Positions 1 to 14,233 of a DNA stretch of 64,000 nucleotides are shown here, in pieces. Location: NCBI RefSeq assembly GCF_009914755.1, contig NC_060948.1. One strand, given 5' to 3'. This stretch comes from the human T2T-CHM13v2.0 reference genome, Homo sapiens. The notes under the pieces are model-generated. The model worked only from the letters and a program-made list of their open reading frames with translations. It ran no database searches and was not told the DNA's origin. Within the stretch, counting starts at the first letter, position 1. Each line of letters starts with the position of its first letter. Made by a program: the position numbers and the translations under genes.

Positions 1-560
1 GAACGGAACGGAATGGAATGGAATCCAAAGGAATGGAATAGAATGGAATGGAATCGAATGGAAAGGACTCGAATGGAAATCACTCGAATAGAATGCAATT
101 TAATAAAATAGGATCAAATGTAATGGAATGGAATGGAAAGGAATCGAAACGAAAGGAATGGAGACAGATGGAATGGAATGGAACAGAGAGCAATGGTATA
201 GAATGGAATGGAATCATCTGGAATGGAATTGAATGGAATGGAATAATATGAAATGGAATGGAATGGAATGGAATGGAATGCCCTTGAATTAAATGGACTG
301 GACTCGAACAGAGTGGAATGGAAAGTGTTGAGATAGAATGGAATGGACTCCTTTGGAATGGTGTAGTATGCAATGCAATCGACTGGCAGGGAATCAAAAG
401 GAATGTAATGGAATGGATTGGACTGGAATGCAATGGACTCGAATAGATTGGAAACGGAATGCAAAGGAATGAAATGGAATAGTATGGAATGGAATGGAAA
501 GGAATGGAGTGGAATAGACTAGAGTGGGATGGAATGGACTGGAAAGCAATGGAATGGAAT

Positions 561-575
561 GGAACTTTCTTGAAT
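561..575. promoter_or_regulatory. Perfect 3-pentamer heat-shock element, site A (nGAAnnTTCnnGAAn); present in all 18 units
   Basis: gGAActTTCttGAAt. The variant gGAAcaTTCttGAAt in units 6, 16 and 18 still fits the consensus. Motif match only; binding is not shown. Confidence 0.55.
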
Positions 576-2808
576 GGACTGGAATCAAACGGAATGGAAT
601 GCAATGCAATCAAATGGCATGGAATAAGATAGAATGAAAGAGAATCAAATGGAATAGAATCGAAAGGAATCGAATGGATTGGAAAGGAATAGAATGGAAT
701 GGAATGGAATTGACTCAAATGGAATGCACTAGAATGGATTGGATTCGAATGGAAGGCAAAGGAATGGAATCTATTGGAATGGACTGTAATGGAATGGAAT
801 GGAAGGGATTGGAATGGACTCGAATGGAATGGACTGCAATAGAAAGGATTCGAATGGAATGAAAAAGAATTGAATGGAATAGAACAGAATGGAATCAAAT
901 CGAATGAAATGGAATGGAATAGAAAGGAATGGAATGAAATGGAATGGAAAGGATTCGAATGGAATGCAATCGAATGGAATGGAATCGAACGGAATGGAAT
1001 AAAATGGAAGAAAACTGGCAAGAAATGGAATCGAAATGAATGGAGTGTTATGGAACGGACTCAAAAGGAATTGAATGTAATAGAATGGAGTGGAGTGGAC
1101 TCGAATATAATGGACTGGAATGGAATGAAATCACATGGAATGGGAACGAATGGAATGGAATGGAAAGGAATGGAATCAAATGGAAAGGAATCGAATGGAA
1201 GGGAATGAAATTGAATCAACAGGAATGGAAGGGAATAGAATAGACGGTAATGGAATGGACTCGAATAGAATGCACACGAATGCTCAAATTGAATGGACTC
1301 GAATGGAATGGAAACGAAAGGAATGTCATCGAATGGAATTGAATCGATTGGAATGAAATCGCATAGAATGGAGTGGAATCAAATGGAATTGAATCGAAAG
1401 GAAAGGAAGCGAATGGACTGAAATGAAATGGAATGGAATTGAATGGAAAGTAATGCAATGGAATAGAATGGAACGAAATTTCACGGAATGGAATCAAACT
1501 GAATGGAATCAAATCAATGGAACATAATCAAATGGAATGGAAAGGAATTGAATGGAGTAGATTGGATTGGATGGGATTGGAATGAAATGTACTGGAAAGG
1601 ACTCGAATTTCATGAAACGGAATGGAATGAATTGGAACGGAATGGACTCGAATGGAATGGAATGTCATGGAATGGCATCAAACGGAATGCCATCAAATGG
1701 GATGGAATCGAATGCAATGGAATGCTATGGAATGGAATGGAATGCATTGGAATGGAATGTCCTCTAATGGAATGGATTCGGGTGGAATGGAATCGAATAT
1801 AATGGAGTCGAATGAAATGGAATTGAAAGGAATGGGATCGAATACAATGGAATATACTGGAATGTAACGTAATGAACTCGAATGTAATTGACTGGAATGG
1901 AATGTACATGAATGGAATGTAATCGAATGGAAAGTAATCCAATGGAATAGAATCTAATGCAATAAAATCGACTGTAGTAGAATAGAATGTAATGGAATGG
2001 AGTGCAGTGCAATGGAATGGAATGGAATGGAATGCAATGGAATGGAATGGAATGGAATGGAATGCAATGGGATGGAATGGTATGGAATGGATAGTAATGG
2101 ACTGGAGTGAAATGGACTGGAAAGGAATGGACTCAAATTGAAAGGGCTCGAAAGGAATGGAGTCAAATGGAATGGTCTGGAATGGAATGAACACGAATGT
2201 AATGCAATCCAATAGAATGGAATCGAATGGCATGGAATATAAAGAAATGGAATCGAAGAGAATGGAAACAAATGGAATGGAATTGAATGGAATGGAATTG
2301 AATGGAATGGGAACGAATGGAGTGAAATTGTATGCAGTAGAAGAGAATAGAATGGAATGCAAGCGAAAGGAAAGGAATGGATTGGAATGGAATGGAATTC
2401 ATTGGAATGGAAGGGAATGTAGTGTAATGGACAGGCCTGGAATAAAGTGGAATGCTACGGTCTCGAATGGAATAAAAATGTATGGAATGGAATGCAATGA
2501 AACGGAATCGAATGTCATAGAATGTAATGGAATGCAAAAAAATGGACTCCAAAATCATTGACTGGAAAGGCTGGGTGTCGAAAGGAATCGACTCCAATGG
2601 AATGGAATCGAATGGAATGGAAGTGAATAGAATCGAACTAAATCGAATGGAATGGAATTGATAGGAACGGAATGGAAAGGAATGCAATGATTTGGCATGG
2701 AATGGAATCGAATGGCATCGAATGGAATGGAATGGAATGCAATGGAATGGAATGTATTAGAATGTAATGAACTTTAATGGAATGTACTCGAATGGATTCG
2801 ACTGGAAT

Positions 2809-2823
2809 GGAATGTTCTGGAAG
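2809..2823. promoter_or_regulatory. Perfect heat-shock element, site B; intact in units 1-16, broken in unit 17
   Basis: gGAAtgTTCtgGAAg; at 59501-59515 it reads gGAAtgTTCtcCAAg. Motif match only. Confidence 0.55.
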
Positions 2824-3088
2824 TGAATGGACTCCAATGGAATGGATTCGAAAGGAATGGAATCGTACGGAATGGTATCCAATGGAATGGAATTAAATGG
2901 AAATGAATTAAATTGAATAGCACGGAATTGAATTGAATGGAATCGAATGCAATGGAATCTAATGAAGCGGAAAGGAAAGGAATGGAATGGAATGGAATGG
3001 GCTGGAATGGAATGGAATCGAAACGAATGGAATGGAATCGAACTGAAGAGACTGGAATGGAATGCACTGGAATGGAAGGGAGTGTAAT

Positions 3089-3103
3089 GGAAGGTTCTCG
3101 AAA
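3089..3103. promoter_or_regulatory. Perfect heat-shock element, site C; intact in units 1-17
   Basis: gGAAggTTCtcGAAa. Motif match only. Confidence 0.55.
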
Positions 3104-3591
3104 AAAATGGAATCGAATGGAATGGAATTGAATGGAACGGAATAGAGTCGAATGGAATTGAATGGAATGGAATGGACTAGAGTGAAATGGAATCGAACCA
3201 CAAGGAATGGACAGGAATAGAATGGTCTCGAATTGAATGGAATCGTATGGAATGGCATCAAACGGAATGGAATGGACAGCCACGGAATGGAATGCACTCG
3301 AATGCAATGAAGTCGAAACTAATGGACTGGAATAGAATGGACTCGACTGGTACGGACTCCAATGGAATGGAATCGAATGGAAGGGAATCGAACGGAATGG
3401 ACTCGAAGGGAAAAGACTGCAATGGAAAGGTCTCGAATGGAATGGAAATTAATGGAATGGAATGGAATCGAATGAAATGGAGTCAAAAGGAATGGAATCG
3501 AATGGCAAGAAATCGAATGTAATGGAATCGCAAGGAATTGATGTGAACGGAACGGAATGGAATGGAATCCAAAGGAATGGAATAGAATGGA

Positions 3592-6500
3592 ATGGAATCG
3601 AATGGAAAGGACTCGAATGGAAATCACTCGAATAGAATGCAATTTAATAAAATAGGATCAAATGTAATGGAATGGAATGGAAAGGAATCGAAACGAAAGG
3701 AATGGAGACAGATGGAATGGAATGGAACAGAGAGCAATGGTATAGAATGGAATGGAATCATCTGGAATGGAATTGAATGGAATGGAATAACATGAAATGG
3801 AATGGAAGGGAATGGAATGCCCTTGAATTAAATGGACTGGAATGGAATGGACTCGAACAGAGTGGAATGGAAAGTGTTGAAATAGAATGGAATGGACTCC
3901 TTTGGAATGGTCTAGTATGCAATGCAATCGACTGGCAGGGAATCAAAAGGAATGTAATCGAATGGATTGGACTGGAATGCAATGGACTCGAATAGATTGG
4001 AAACGGAATGCAAAGGAATGGAATGGAATAGTATGGAATGGAATGGAAAGGAATGGAGTGGAATAGACTAGAGTGGAATGGAATGGACTCAAAAGCAATG
4101 GACTGGAATGGAACTTTCTTGAATGGACTGGAATCAAACGGAATGGAATGCAATGCAATCAAATGGCATGGAATAAAATAGAATGAAAGAGAATCAAACG
4201 GAATTGAATCGAATGGAATCGAATGGATTGGAAAGGAATAGAATGGAATGGAATGGAATTGACTCAAATGGAATGGACTAGAATGGAATGGATTCGAATG
4301 GAAGGCAAAGGAATGGAATCTATTGGAATGGACTGTAATGGAATGGAATGGAAGGGATTGGAATGGACTCGAATGGAATGGACTGCAATAGAAAGGATTC
4401 GAATGGAATGAAAAAGAATTGAATGGAATAGAACAGAATGGAATCAAATCGAATGAAATGGAATGGAATAGAAAGGAATGGAATGAAATGGAATGGAAAG
4501 GATTCGAATGGAATGCAATCGAATGGAATGGAATCGAACGGAATGGAATAAAATGGAAGAAAACTGGCAAGAAATGGAATCGAAATGAATGGAGTGTTAT
4601 GGAACGGACTCAAAAGGAATTGAATGTAATAGAATGGAGTGGAGTGGACTCGAATATAATGGACTGGAATGGAATGAAATCACATGGAATGGGAACGAAT
4701 GGAATGGAATGGAAAGGAATGGAATCGAATGGAAAGGAATCGAATGGAAGGGAATGAAATTGAATCAACAGGAATGGAAGGGAATAGAATAGACGGTAAT
4801 GGAATGGACTCGAATAGAATGGACACGAATGCTCAAATTGAATGGACTCGAATGGAATGGAAACGAAAGGAATGTCATCGAATGGAATTGAATCGATTGG
4901 AATGAAATCGCATAGAATGGAGTGGAATCAAATGGAATTGAATCGAAAGGAAAGGAAGCGAATGGACTGAAATGAAATGGAATGGAATTGAATGGAAAGT
5001 AATGCAATGGAATAGAATGGAACGAAATTTCACGGAATGGAATCAAACTGAATGGAATCAAATCAATGGAATATAATCAAATGGAATGGAAAGGAATTGA
5101 ATGGAGTAGATTGGATTGGATGGGATTGGAATGAAATTTACTGGAAAGGACTCGAATTTCATGAAACGGAAAGGAATGAATTGGAATGGAATGGACTCGA
5201 ATGGAATGGAATGTCATGGAATGGCATCAAACGGAATGGCATCAAATGGGATGGAATCGAATGCAATGGAATGCTATGGAATGGAATGGAATGCATTGGA
5301 ATGGAATGTCCTCTAATGGAATGGATTCGGGTGGAATGGAATCGAATATAACGGAGTCGAATGAAATGGAATTGAAAGGAATGGGATCGAATACAATGGA
5401 ATATACTGGAATGTAACGTAATGAACTCGAATGTAATTGACTGGAATGGAATGTACATGAATGGAATGTAATCGAATGGAAAGTAATCCAATGGAATAGA
5501 ATCTAATGCAATAAAATCGACTGTAATAGAATAGAATGTAATGGAATGGAGTGCAGTGCAATGGAATGGAATGGAATGGAATGCAATGGAATGGAATGGA
5601 ATGCAATGGGATGGAATGGTATGGAATGGATAGTAATGGACTGGAGTGAAATGGACTGGAAAGGAATGGACTCAAATTGAAAGGGCTCGAAAGGAATGGA
5701 GTCAAATGGAATGGTCTGGAATGGAATGAACACGAATGTAATGCAATCCAATAGAATGGAATCGAATGGCATGGAATATAAAGAAATGAAATCGAAGAGA
5801 ATGGAAACAAATGGAATGGAATTGAATGGAATGGAATTGAATGGAATGGGAACGAATGGAGTGAAATTGTATGCAGTAGAAGAGAATAGAATGGAATGCA
5901 AGCGAAAGGAAAGGAATGGATTGGAATGGAATGGAATTCATTGGAATGGAAGGGAATGTAGTGTAATAGACAGGCCTGGAATAAAGTGGAATGCTACGGT
6001 CTCGAATGGAATAAAAATGTATGGAATGGAATGCAATGAAACGGAATCGAATGTCATAGAATGTAATGGAATGCAAAAAAATGGACTCCAAAATCATTGA
6101 CTGGAAAGGCTGGGTGTCGAATGGAATCGACTCCAATGGAATGGAATCGAATGGAATGGAAGTGAATAGAATCGAACTAAATCGAATAGAATGGAATTGA
6201 TAGGAACGGAATGGAAAGGAATGCAATGATTTGGCATGGAATGGAATCGAATGGCATCGAATGGAATGGAATGGAATGCAATGGAATGGAATGTATTAGA
6301 ATGTAATGAACTTTAATGGAATGTACTCGAATGGATTCGACTAGAATGGAATGTTCTGGAAGTGAATGGACTCCAATGGAATGGATTCGAAAGGAATGGA
6401 ATCGTACGGAATGGTATCCAATGGAATGGAATTAAATGGAAATGAATCAAATTGAATAGCACGGAATTGAATTGAATGGAATCGAATGCAATGGAATCTA

Positions 6501-7130
6501 ATGAAACGGAAAGGAAAGGAATGGAATGGAATGGAATGGGCTGGAATGGAATGGAATCGAAACGAATGGAATGGAATCGAACTGAAGAGACTGGAATGGA
6601 ATGCACTGGAATGGAAGGGAGTGTAATGGAAGGTTCTCGAAAAAAATGGAATCGAATGGAATGGAATTGAATGGAACGGAATAGAGTCGAATGGAATTGA
6701 ATGGAATGGAATGGACTAGAGTGAAATGGAATCGAACCACAAGGAATGGACAGGAATAGAATGGTCTCGAATTGAATGGAATCGTATGGAATGGCATCAA
6801 ACGGAATGGAATGGACAGCCACGGAATGGAATGCACTCGAATGCAATGGAGTCGAAACTAATGGACTGGAATAGAATGGACTCGACTGGTACGGACTCCA
6901 ATGGAATGGAATCGAATGGAAGGGATTCGAACGGAATGGACTTGAAGGGAAAAGACTGCAATGGAAAGGTCTCGAATGGAAAGGAAATTAATGGAATGGA
7001 ATGGAATCGAATGAAATGGAGTCAAAAGGAATGGAATCGAATGGCAAGAAATCGAATGTAATGGAATCGCAAGGAATTGATGTGAACGTAACGGAATGGA
7101 ATGGAATCCAAAGGAATGGAATAGAATGGA
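3592..7130 (+). repeat. DYZ1 unit 2 (3539 bp)
   Basis: Anchor spacing; -10 bp in the GGAAT/GCAAT tract near 5580-5605. Confidence 0.93.
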
Positions 7131-10100
7131 ATGGAATCGAATGGAAAGGACTCGAATGGAAATCACTCGAATAGAATGCAATTTAATAAAATAGGATCAA
7201 ATGTAATGGAATGGAATGGAAAGGAATCGAAACGAAAGGAATGGAGACAGATGGAATGGAATGGAACAGAGAGCAATGGTATAGAATGGAATGGAATCAT
7301 CTGGAATGGAATTGAATGGAATGGAATAACATGAAATGGAATGGAATGGAATGGAATGCCCTTGAATTAAATGGACTGGAATGGAATGGACTCGAACAGA
7401 GTGGAATGGAAAGTGTTGAAATAGAATATAATGGACTCCTTTGGAATGGTCTAGTATGCAATGCAATCGACTGGCAGGGAATCAAAAGGAATGTAATCGA
7501 ATGGATTGGACTGGAATGCAATGGACTCGAATAGATTGGAAACGGAATGCAAAGGAATGGAATGGAATAGTATGGAATGGAATGGAAAGGAATGGAGTGG
7601 AATAGACTAGAGTGGAATGGAATGGACTCAAAAGCAATGGACTGGAATGGAACTTTCTTGAATGGACTGGAATCAAACGGAATGGAATGCAATGCAATCA
7701 AATGGCATGGAATAAAATAGAATGAAAGAGAATCAAACGGAATTGAATCGAATGGAATCGAATGGATTGGAAAGGAATAGAATGGAATGGAATGGAATTG
7801 ACTCAAATGGAATGGACTAGAATGGAATGGATTCGAATGGAAGGCAAAGGAATGGAATCTATTGGAATGGACTGTAATGGAATGGAATGGAAGGGATTGG
7901 AATGGACTCGAATGGAATGGACTGCAATAGAAAGGATTCGAACGGAATGAAAAAGAATTGAATGGAATAGAACAGAATGGAATCAAATCGAATGAAATGG
8001 AATGGAATAGAAAGGAATGGAATGAAATGGAATGGAAAGGATTCGAATGGAATGCAATCGAATGGAATGGAATCGAACGGAATGGAATAAAATGGAAGAA
8101 AACTGGCAAGAAATGGAATCGAAATGAATGGAGTGTTATGGAACGGACTCAAAAGGAATTGAATGTAATAGAATGGAGTGGAGTGGACTCGAATATAATG
8201 GACTGGAATGGAATGAAATCACATGGAATGGGAACGAATGGAATGGAATGGAAAGGAATGGAATCAAATGGAAAGGAATCGAATGGAAGGGAATGAAATT
8301 GAATCAACAGGAATGGAAGGGAATAGAATAGACGGTAATGGAATGGACTCGAATAGAATGCACACGAATGCTCAAATTGAATGGACTCGAATGGAATGGA
8401 AACGAAAGGAATGTCATCGAATGGAATTGAATCGATTGGAATGAAATCGCATAGAATGGAGTGGAATCAAATGGAATTGAATCGAAAGGAAAGGAAGCGA
8501 ATGGACTGAAATGAAATGGAATGGAATTGAATGGAAAGTAATGCAATGGAATAGAATGGAACGAAATTTCATGGAATGGAATCAAACTGAATGGAATCAA
8601 ATCAATGGAATATAATCAAATGCAATGGAAAGGAATTGAATGGAGTAGATTGGATTGGATGGGATTGGAATGAAATTTACTGGAAAGGACTCGAATTTCA
8701 TGAAACGGAATGGAATGAATTGGAACGGAATGGACTCGAATGGAATGGAATGTCATGGAATGGCATCAAACGGAATGGCATCAAACGGAATGGCTTCAAA
8801 TGGGATGGAATCGAATGCAATGGAATGCTATGGAATGGAATGGAATGCATTGGAATGGAATGTCCTCTAATGGAATGGATTCGGGTGGAATGGAATCGAA
8901 TATAATGGAGTCGAATGAAATGGAATTGAAAGGAATGGGATCGAATACTATGGAATATACTGGAATGTAACGTAATGAACTCGAATGTAATTGACTGGAA
9001 TGGAATGTACATGAATGGAATGTAATCGAATGGAAAGTAATCCAATGGAATAGAATCTAATGCAATAAAATCGACTGTAATAGAATAGAATGTAATGGAA
9101 TGGAGTGCAGTGCAATGGAATGGAATGGAATGGAATGCAATGGAATGGAATGGAATGGAATGGGATGGAATGGTATGGAATGGATAGTAATGGACTGGAG
9201 TGAAATGGACTGGAATGGAATGGACTCAAATTGAAAGGGCTCGAAAGGAATGGAGTCAAATGGAATGGTCTGGAATGGAATGAACACGAATGTAATGCAA
9301 TCCAATAGAATGGAATCGAATGGCATGGAATATAAAGAAATGGAATCGAAGAGAATGGAAACAAATGGAATGGAATTGAATGGAATGGAATTGAATGGAA
9401 TGGGAACGAATGGAGTGAAATTGTATGCAGTAGAAGAGAATAGAATGGAATGCAAGCGAAAGGAAAGGAATGGATTGGAATGGAATGGAATTCATTGGAA
9501 TGGAAGGGAATGTAGTGTAATGGACAGGCCTGGAATAAAGTGGAATGCTACGGTCTCGAATGGAATAAAAATGTATGGAATGGAATGCAATGAAACGGAA
9601 TCGAATGTCATAGAATGTAATGGAATGCAAAAAAATGGACTCCAAAATCATTGACTGGAAAGGCTGGGTGTCGAAAGGAATGGACTCCAATGGAATGGAA
9701 TCGAATGGAATGGAAGTGAATAGAATCGAACTAAATCGAATGGAATGGAATTGATAGGAACGGAATGGAAAGGAATGCAATGATTTGGCATGGAATGGAA
9801 TCGAATGGCATCGAATGGAATGGAATGGAATGCAATGGAATGGAATGTATTAGAATGTAATGAACTTTAATGGAATGTACTCGAATGGATTCGACTAGAA
9901 TGGAATGTTCTGGAAGTGAATGGACTCCAATGGAATGGATTCGAAAGGAATGGAATCGTACGGAATGGTATCCAATGGAATGGAATTAAATGGAAATGAA
10001 TCAAATTGAATAGCACGGAATTGAATTGAATGGAATCGAATGCAATGGAATCTAATGAAACGGAAAGGAAAGGAATGGAATGGAATGGAATGGGCTGGAA

Positions 10101-10684
10101 TGGAATGGAATCGAAACGAATGGAATGGAATCGAACTGAAGAGACTGGAATGGAATGCACTGGAATGGAAGGGAGTGTAATGGAAGGTTCTCGAAAAAAA
10201 TGGAATCGAATGGAATGGAATTGAATGGAACGGAATAGAGTCGAATGGAATTGAATGGAATGGAATGGACTAGAGTGAAATGGAATCGAACCACAAGGAA
10301 TGGACAGGAATAGAATGGTCTCGAATTGAATGGAATCGTATGGAATGGCATCAAACGGAATGGAATGGACAGCCACGGAATGGAATGCACTCGAATGCAA
10401 TGGAGTCGAAACTAATGGACTGGAATAGAATGGACTCGACTGGTACGGACTCCAATGGAATGGAATCGAATGGAAGAGAATCGAACGGAATGGACTCGAA
10501 GGGAAAAGACTGCAATGGAAAGGTCTCGAATGGAATGGAAATTAATGGAATGGAATGGAATCGAATGAAATGGAGTCAAAAGGAATGGAATCGAATGGCA
10601 AGAAATCGAATGTAATGGAATCGCAAGGAATTGATGTGAACGGAACGGAATGGAATGGAATCCAAAGGAATGGAATAGAATGGA
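7131..10684 (+). repeat. DYZ1 unit 3 (3554 bp)
   Basis: Anchor spacing; 15-bp duplication of GGCATCAAACGGAAT near 8762-8791 and -10 bp near 9140-9160. Confidence 0.93.
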
Positions 10685-13600
10685 ATGGAATCGAATGGAA
10701 AGGACTCGAATGGAAATCACTCGAATAGAATGCAATTTAATAAAATAGGATCAAATGAAATGGAATGGAATGGAAAGGAATCGAAACAAAAGGAATGGAG
10801 ACAGATGGAATGGAATGGAACAGAGTGCAATGGTATAGAATGGAATGGAATCATCTGGAATGGAATCATCTGGAATGGAATAACATGAAATGGAATGGAA
10901 TGGAATGGAATGCCCTTGAATTAAATGGACTGGAATGGAATGGACTCGAACAGAGTGGAATGGAAAGTGTTGAAATAGAATGGAATGGACTCCTTTGGAA
11001 TGGTCTAGTATGCAATGCAATCGACTGGCAGGGAATCAAAAGGAATGTAATCGAATGGATTGGACTGGAATGCAATGGACTCGAATAGATTGGAAACGGA
11101 ATGCAAAGGAATGGAATGGAATAGTATGGAATGGAATGGAAAGGAATGGAGTGGAATAGACTAGAGTGGAATGGAATGGACTCAAAAGCAATGGACTGGA
11201 ATGGAACTTTCTTGAATGGACTGGAATCAAACGGAATGGAATGCAATGCAATCAAATGGCATGGAATAAAATAGAATGAAAGAGAATCAAACGGAATTGA
11301 ATCGAATGGAATCGAATGGATTGGAAAGGAATAGAATGGAATGGAATGGAATTGACTCAAATGGAATGGACTAGAATGGAATGGATTCGAATGGAAGGCA
11401 AAGGAATGGAATCTATTGGAATGGACTGTAATGGAATGGAATGGAAGGGATTGGAATGGACTCGAATGGAATGGACTGCAATAGAAAGGATTCGAATGGA
11501 ATGAAAAAGAATTGAATGGAATAGAACAGAATGGAATCAAATCGAATGAAATGGAATGGAATAGAAAGGAATGGAATGAAATGGAATGGAAAGGATTCGA
11601 ATGGAATGCAATCGAATGGAATGGAATCGAACGGAATGTAATAAAATGGAAGAAAACTGGCAAGAAATGGAATCGAAATGAATGGAGTGTTATGGAACGG
11701 ACTCAAAAGGAATTGAATGTAATAGAATGGAGTGGAGTGGACTCGAATATAATGGACTGGAATGGAATGAAATCACATGGAATGGGAACGAATGGAATGG
11801 AATGGAAAGGAATGGAATCAAATGGAAAGGAATCGAATGGAAGGGAATGAAATTGAATCAACAGGAATGGAAGGGAATAGAATAGAAGGTAATGGAATGG
11901 ACTCGAATAGAATGCACACGAATGCTCAAATTGAATGGACTCGAATGGAATGGAAACGAAAGGAATGTCATCGAATGGAATTGAATCGATTGGAATGAAA
12001 TCGCATAGAATGGAGTGGAATCAAATGGAATTGAATCGAAAGGAAAGGAAGCGAATGGACTGAAATGAAATGGAATGGAATTGAATGGAAAGTAATGCAA
12101 TGGAATAGAATGGAACGAAATTTCACGGAATGGAATCAAACTGAATGGAATCAAATCAATGGAATATAATCAAATGGAATGGAAAGGAATTGAATGGAGT
12201 AGATTGGATTGGATGGGATTGGAATGAAATTTACTGGAAAGGACTCGAATTTCATGAAACGGAATGGAATGAATTGGAACGGAATGGACTCGAATGGAAT
12301 GGAATGTCATGGAATGGCATCAAACGGAATGGCATCAAATGGGATGGAATCGAATGCAATGGAATGCTATGGAATGGAATGGAATGCATTGGAATGGAAT
12401 GTCCTCTAATGGAATGGATTCGGGTGGAATGGAATCGAATATAATGGAGTCGAATGAAATGGAATTGAAAGGAATGGGATCGAATACAATGGAATATACT
12501 GGAATGTAACGTAATGAACTCGAATGTAATTAACTGGAATGGAATGTACATGAACGGAATGTAATCGAATGGAAAGTAATCCAATGGAATAGAATCTAAT
12601 GCAATAAAATTGACTGTAATAGAATAGAATGTAATGGAATGGAGTGCAGTGCAATGGAATGGAATGGAATGGAATGCAATGGAATGGAATGGAATGGAAT
12701 GGAATGCAATGGGATGGAATGGTATGGAATGGATAGTAATGGACTGGAGTGAAATGGACTGGAAAGGAATGGACTCAAATTGAAAGGGCTCGAAAGGAAT
12801 GGAGTCAAATGGAATGGTCTGGAATGGAATGAACACGAATGTAATGCAATCCAATAGAATGGAATCGAATGGCAAGGAATATAAAGAAATGGAATCGAAG
12901 AGAATGGAAACAAATGGAATGGAATTGAATGGAATGGAATTGAATGGAATGGGAACGAATGGAGTGAAATTGTATGCAGTAGAAGAGAATAGAATGGAAT
13001 GCAAGCGAAAGGAAAGGAATGGATTGGAATGGAATGGAATTCATTGGAATGGAAGGGAATGTAGTGTAATGGACAGGCCTGGAATAAAGTGGAATGCTAC
13101 GGTCTCGAATGGAATAAAAATGTGTGGAATGGAATGCAATGAAACGGAATCGAATGTCATAGAATGTAATGGAATGCAAAAAAATGGACTCCAAAATCAT
13201 TGACTGGAAAGGCTGGGTGTCGAAAGGAATTGACTCCAATGGAATGGAATCGAATGGAATGGAAGTGAATAGAATCGAACTAAATCGAATGGAATGGAAT
13301 TGATAGGAACGGAATGGAAAGGAATGCAATGATTTGGCATGGAATGGAATCGAATGGCATCGAATGGAATGGAATGGAATGCAATGGAATGGAATGTATT
13401 AGAATGTAATGAACTTTAATGGAATGTACTCGAATGGATTCGACTGGAATGGAATGTTCTGGAAGTGAATGGACTCCAATGGAATGGATTCGAAAGGAAT
13501 GGAATCGTACGGAATGGTATCCAATGGAATGGAATTAAATGGAAATGAATCAAATTGAATAGCACGGAATTGAATTGAATGGAATCGAATGCAATGGAAT

Positions 13601-14233
13601 CTAATGAAACGGAAAGGAAAGGAATGGAATGGAATGGAATGGGCTGGAATGGAATGGAATCGAAACGAATGGAATGGAATCGAACTGAAGAGACTGGAAT
13701 GGAATGCACTGGAATGGAAGGGAGTGTAATGGAAGGTTCTCGAAAAAAATGGAATCGAATGGAATGGAATTGAATGGAACGGAATAGAGTCGAATGGAAT
13801 TGAATGGAATGGAATGGACTAGAGTGAAATGGAATCGAACCACAAGGAATGGACAGGAATAGAATGGTCTCGAATTGAATGGAATCGTATGGAATGGCAT
13901 CAAACGGAATGGAATGGACAGCCACGGAATGGAATGCACTCGAATGCAATGGAGTCGAAACTAATGGACTGGAATAGAATGGACTTGACTGGTACGGACT
14001 CCAATGGAATGGAATCGAATGCAAGGGAATCGAACGGAATGGACTCGAAGGGAAAAGACTGCAATGGAAAGGTCTCGAATGGAATGGAAATTAATGGAAT
14101 GGAATGGAATCGAATGAAATGGAGTCAAAAGGAATGGAATCGAATGGCAAGAAATCGAATGTAATGGAATCGCAAGGAATTGATGTGAACGGAACGGAAT
14201 GGAATGGAATCCAAAGGAATGGAATAGAATGGA
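10685..14233 (+). repeat. DYZ1 unit 4 (3549 bp)
   Basis: Anchor spacing; modal length. Confidence 0.93.

Larger units (their letters stand above)
48..3591 (+). repeat. DYZ1 unit 1 (3544 bp). Units are anchored arbitrarily at ATGGAATCGAATGGAAAGGACTCG; 1-47 is the tail of the previous unit
   Basis: Anchor spacing 48 to 3592; +5 and -10 bp indels at ~251-305 relative to the 3549-bp mode. Confidence 0.93.

Noticed and set aside
102-107. AATAAA polyadenylation signals (several per unit)
   Set aside because: They arise easily from GGAAT followed by AAA, and no supporting downstream GU-rich element or transcript evidence is visible in the sequence
1524-1945. DUX4-like motifs (TAATCAAATGG, TAATCCAATGG, AGATTGGATTG)
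   Set aside because: They miss the TAAYYBAATCA consensus at key terminal positions
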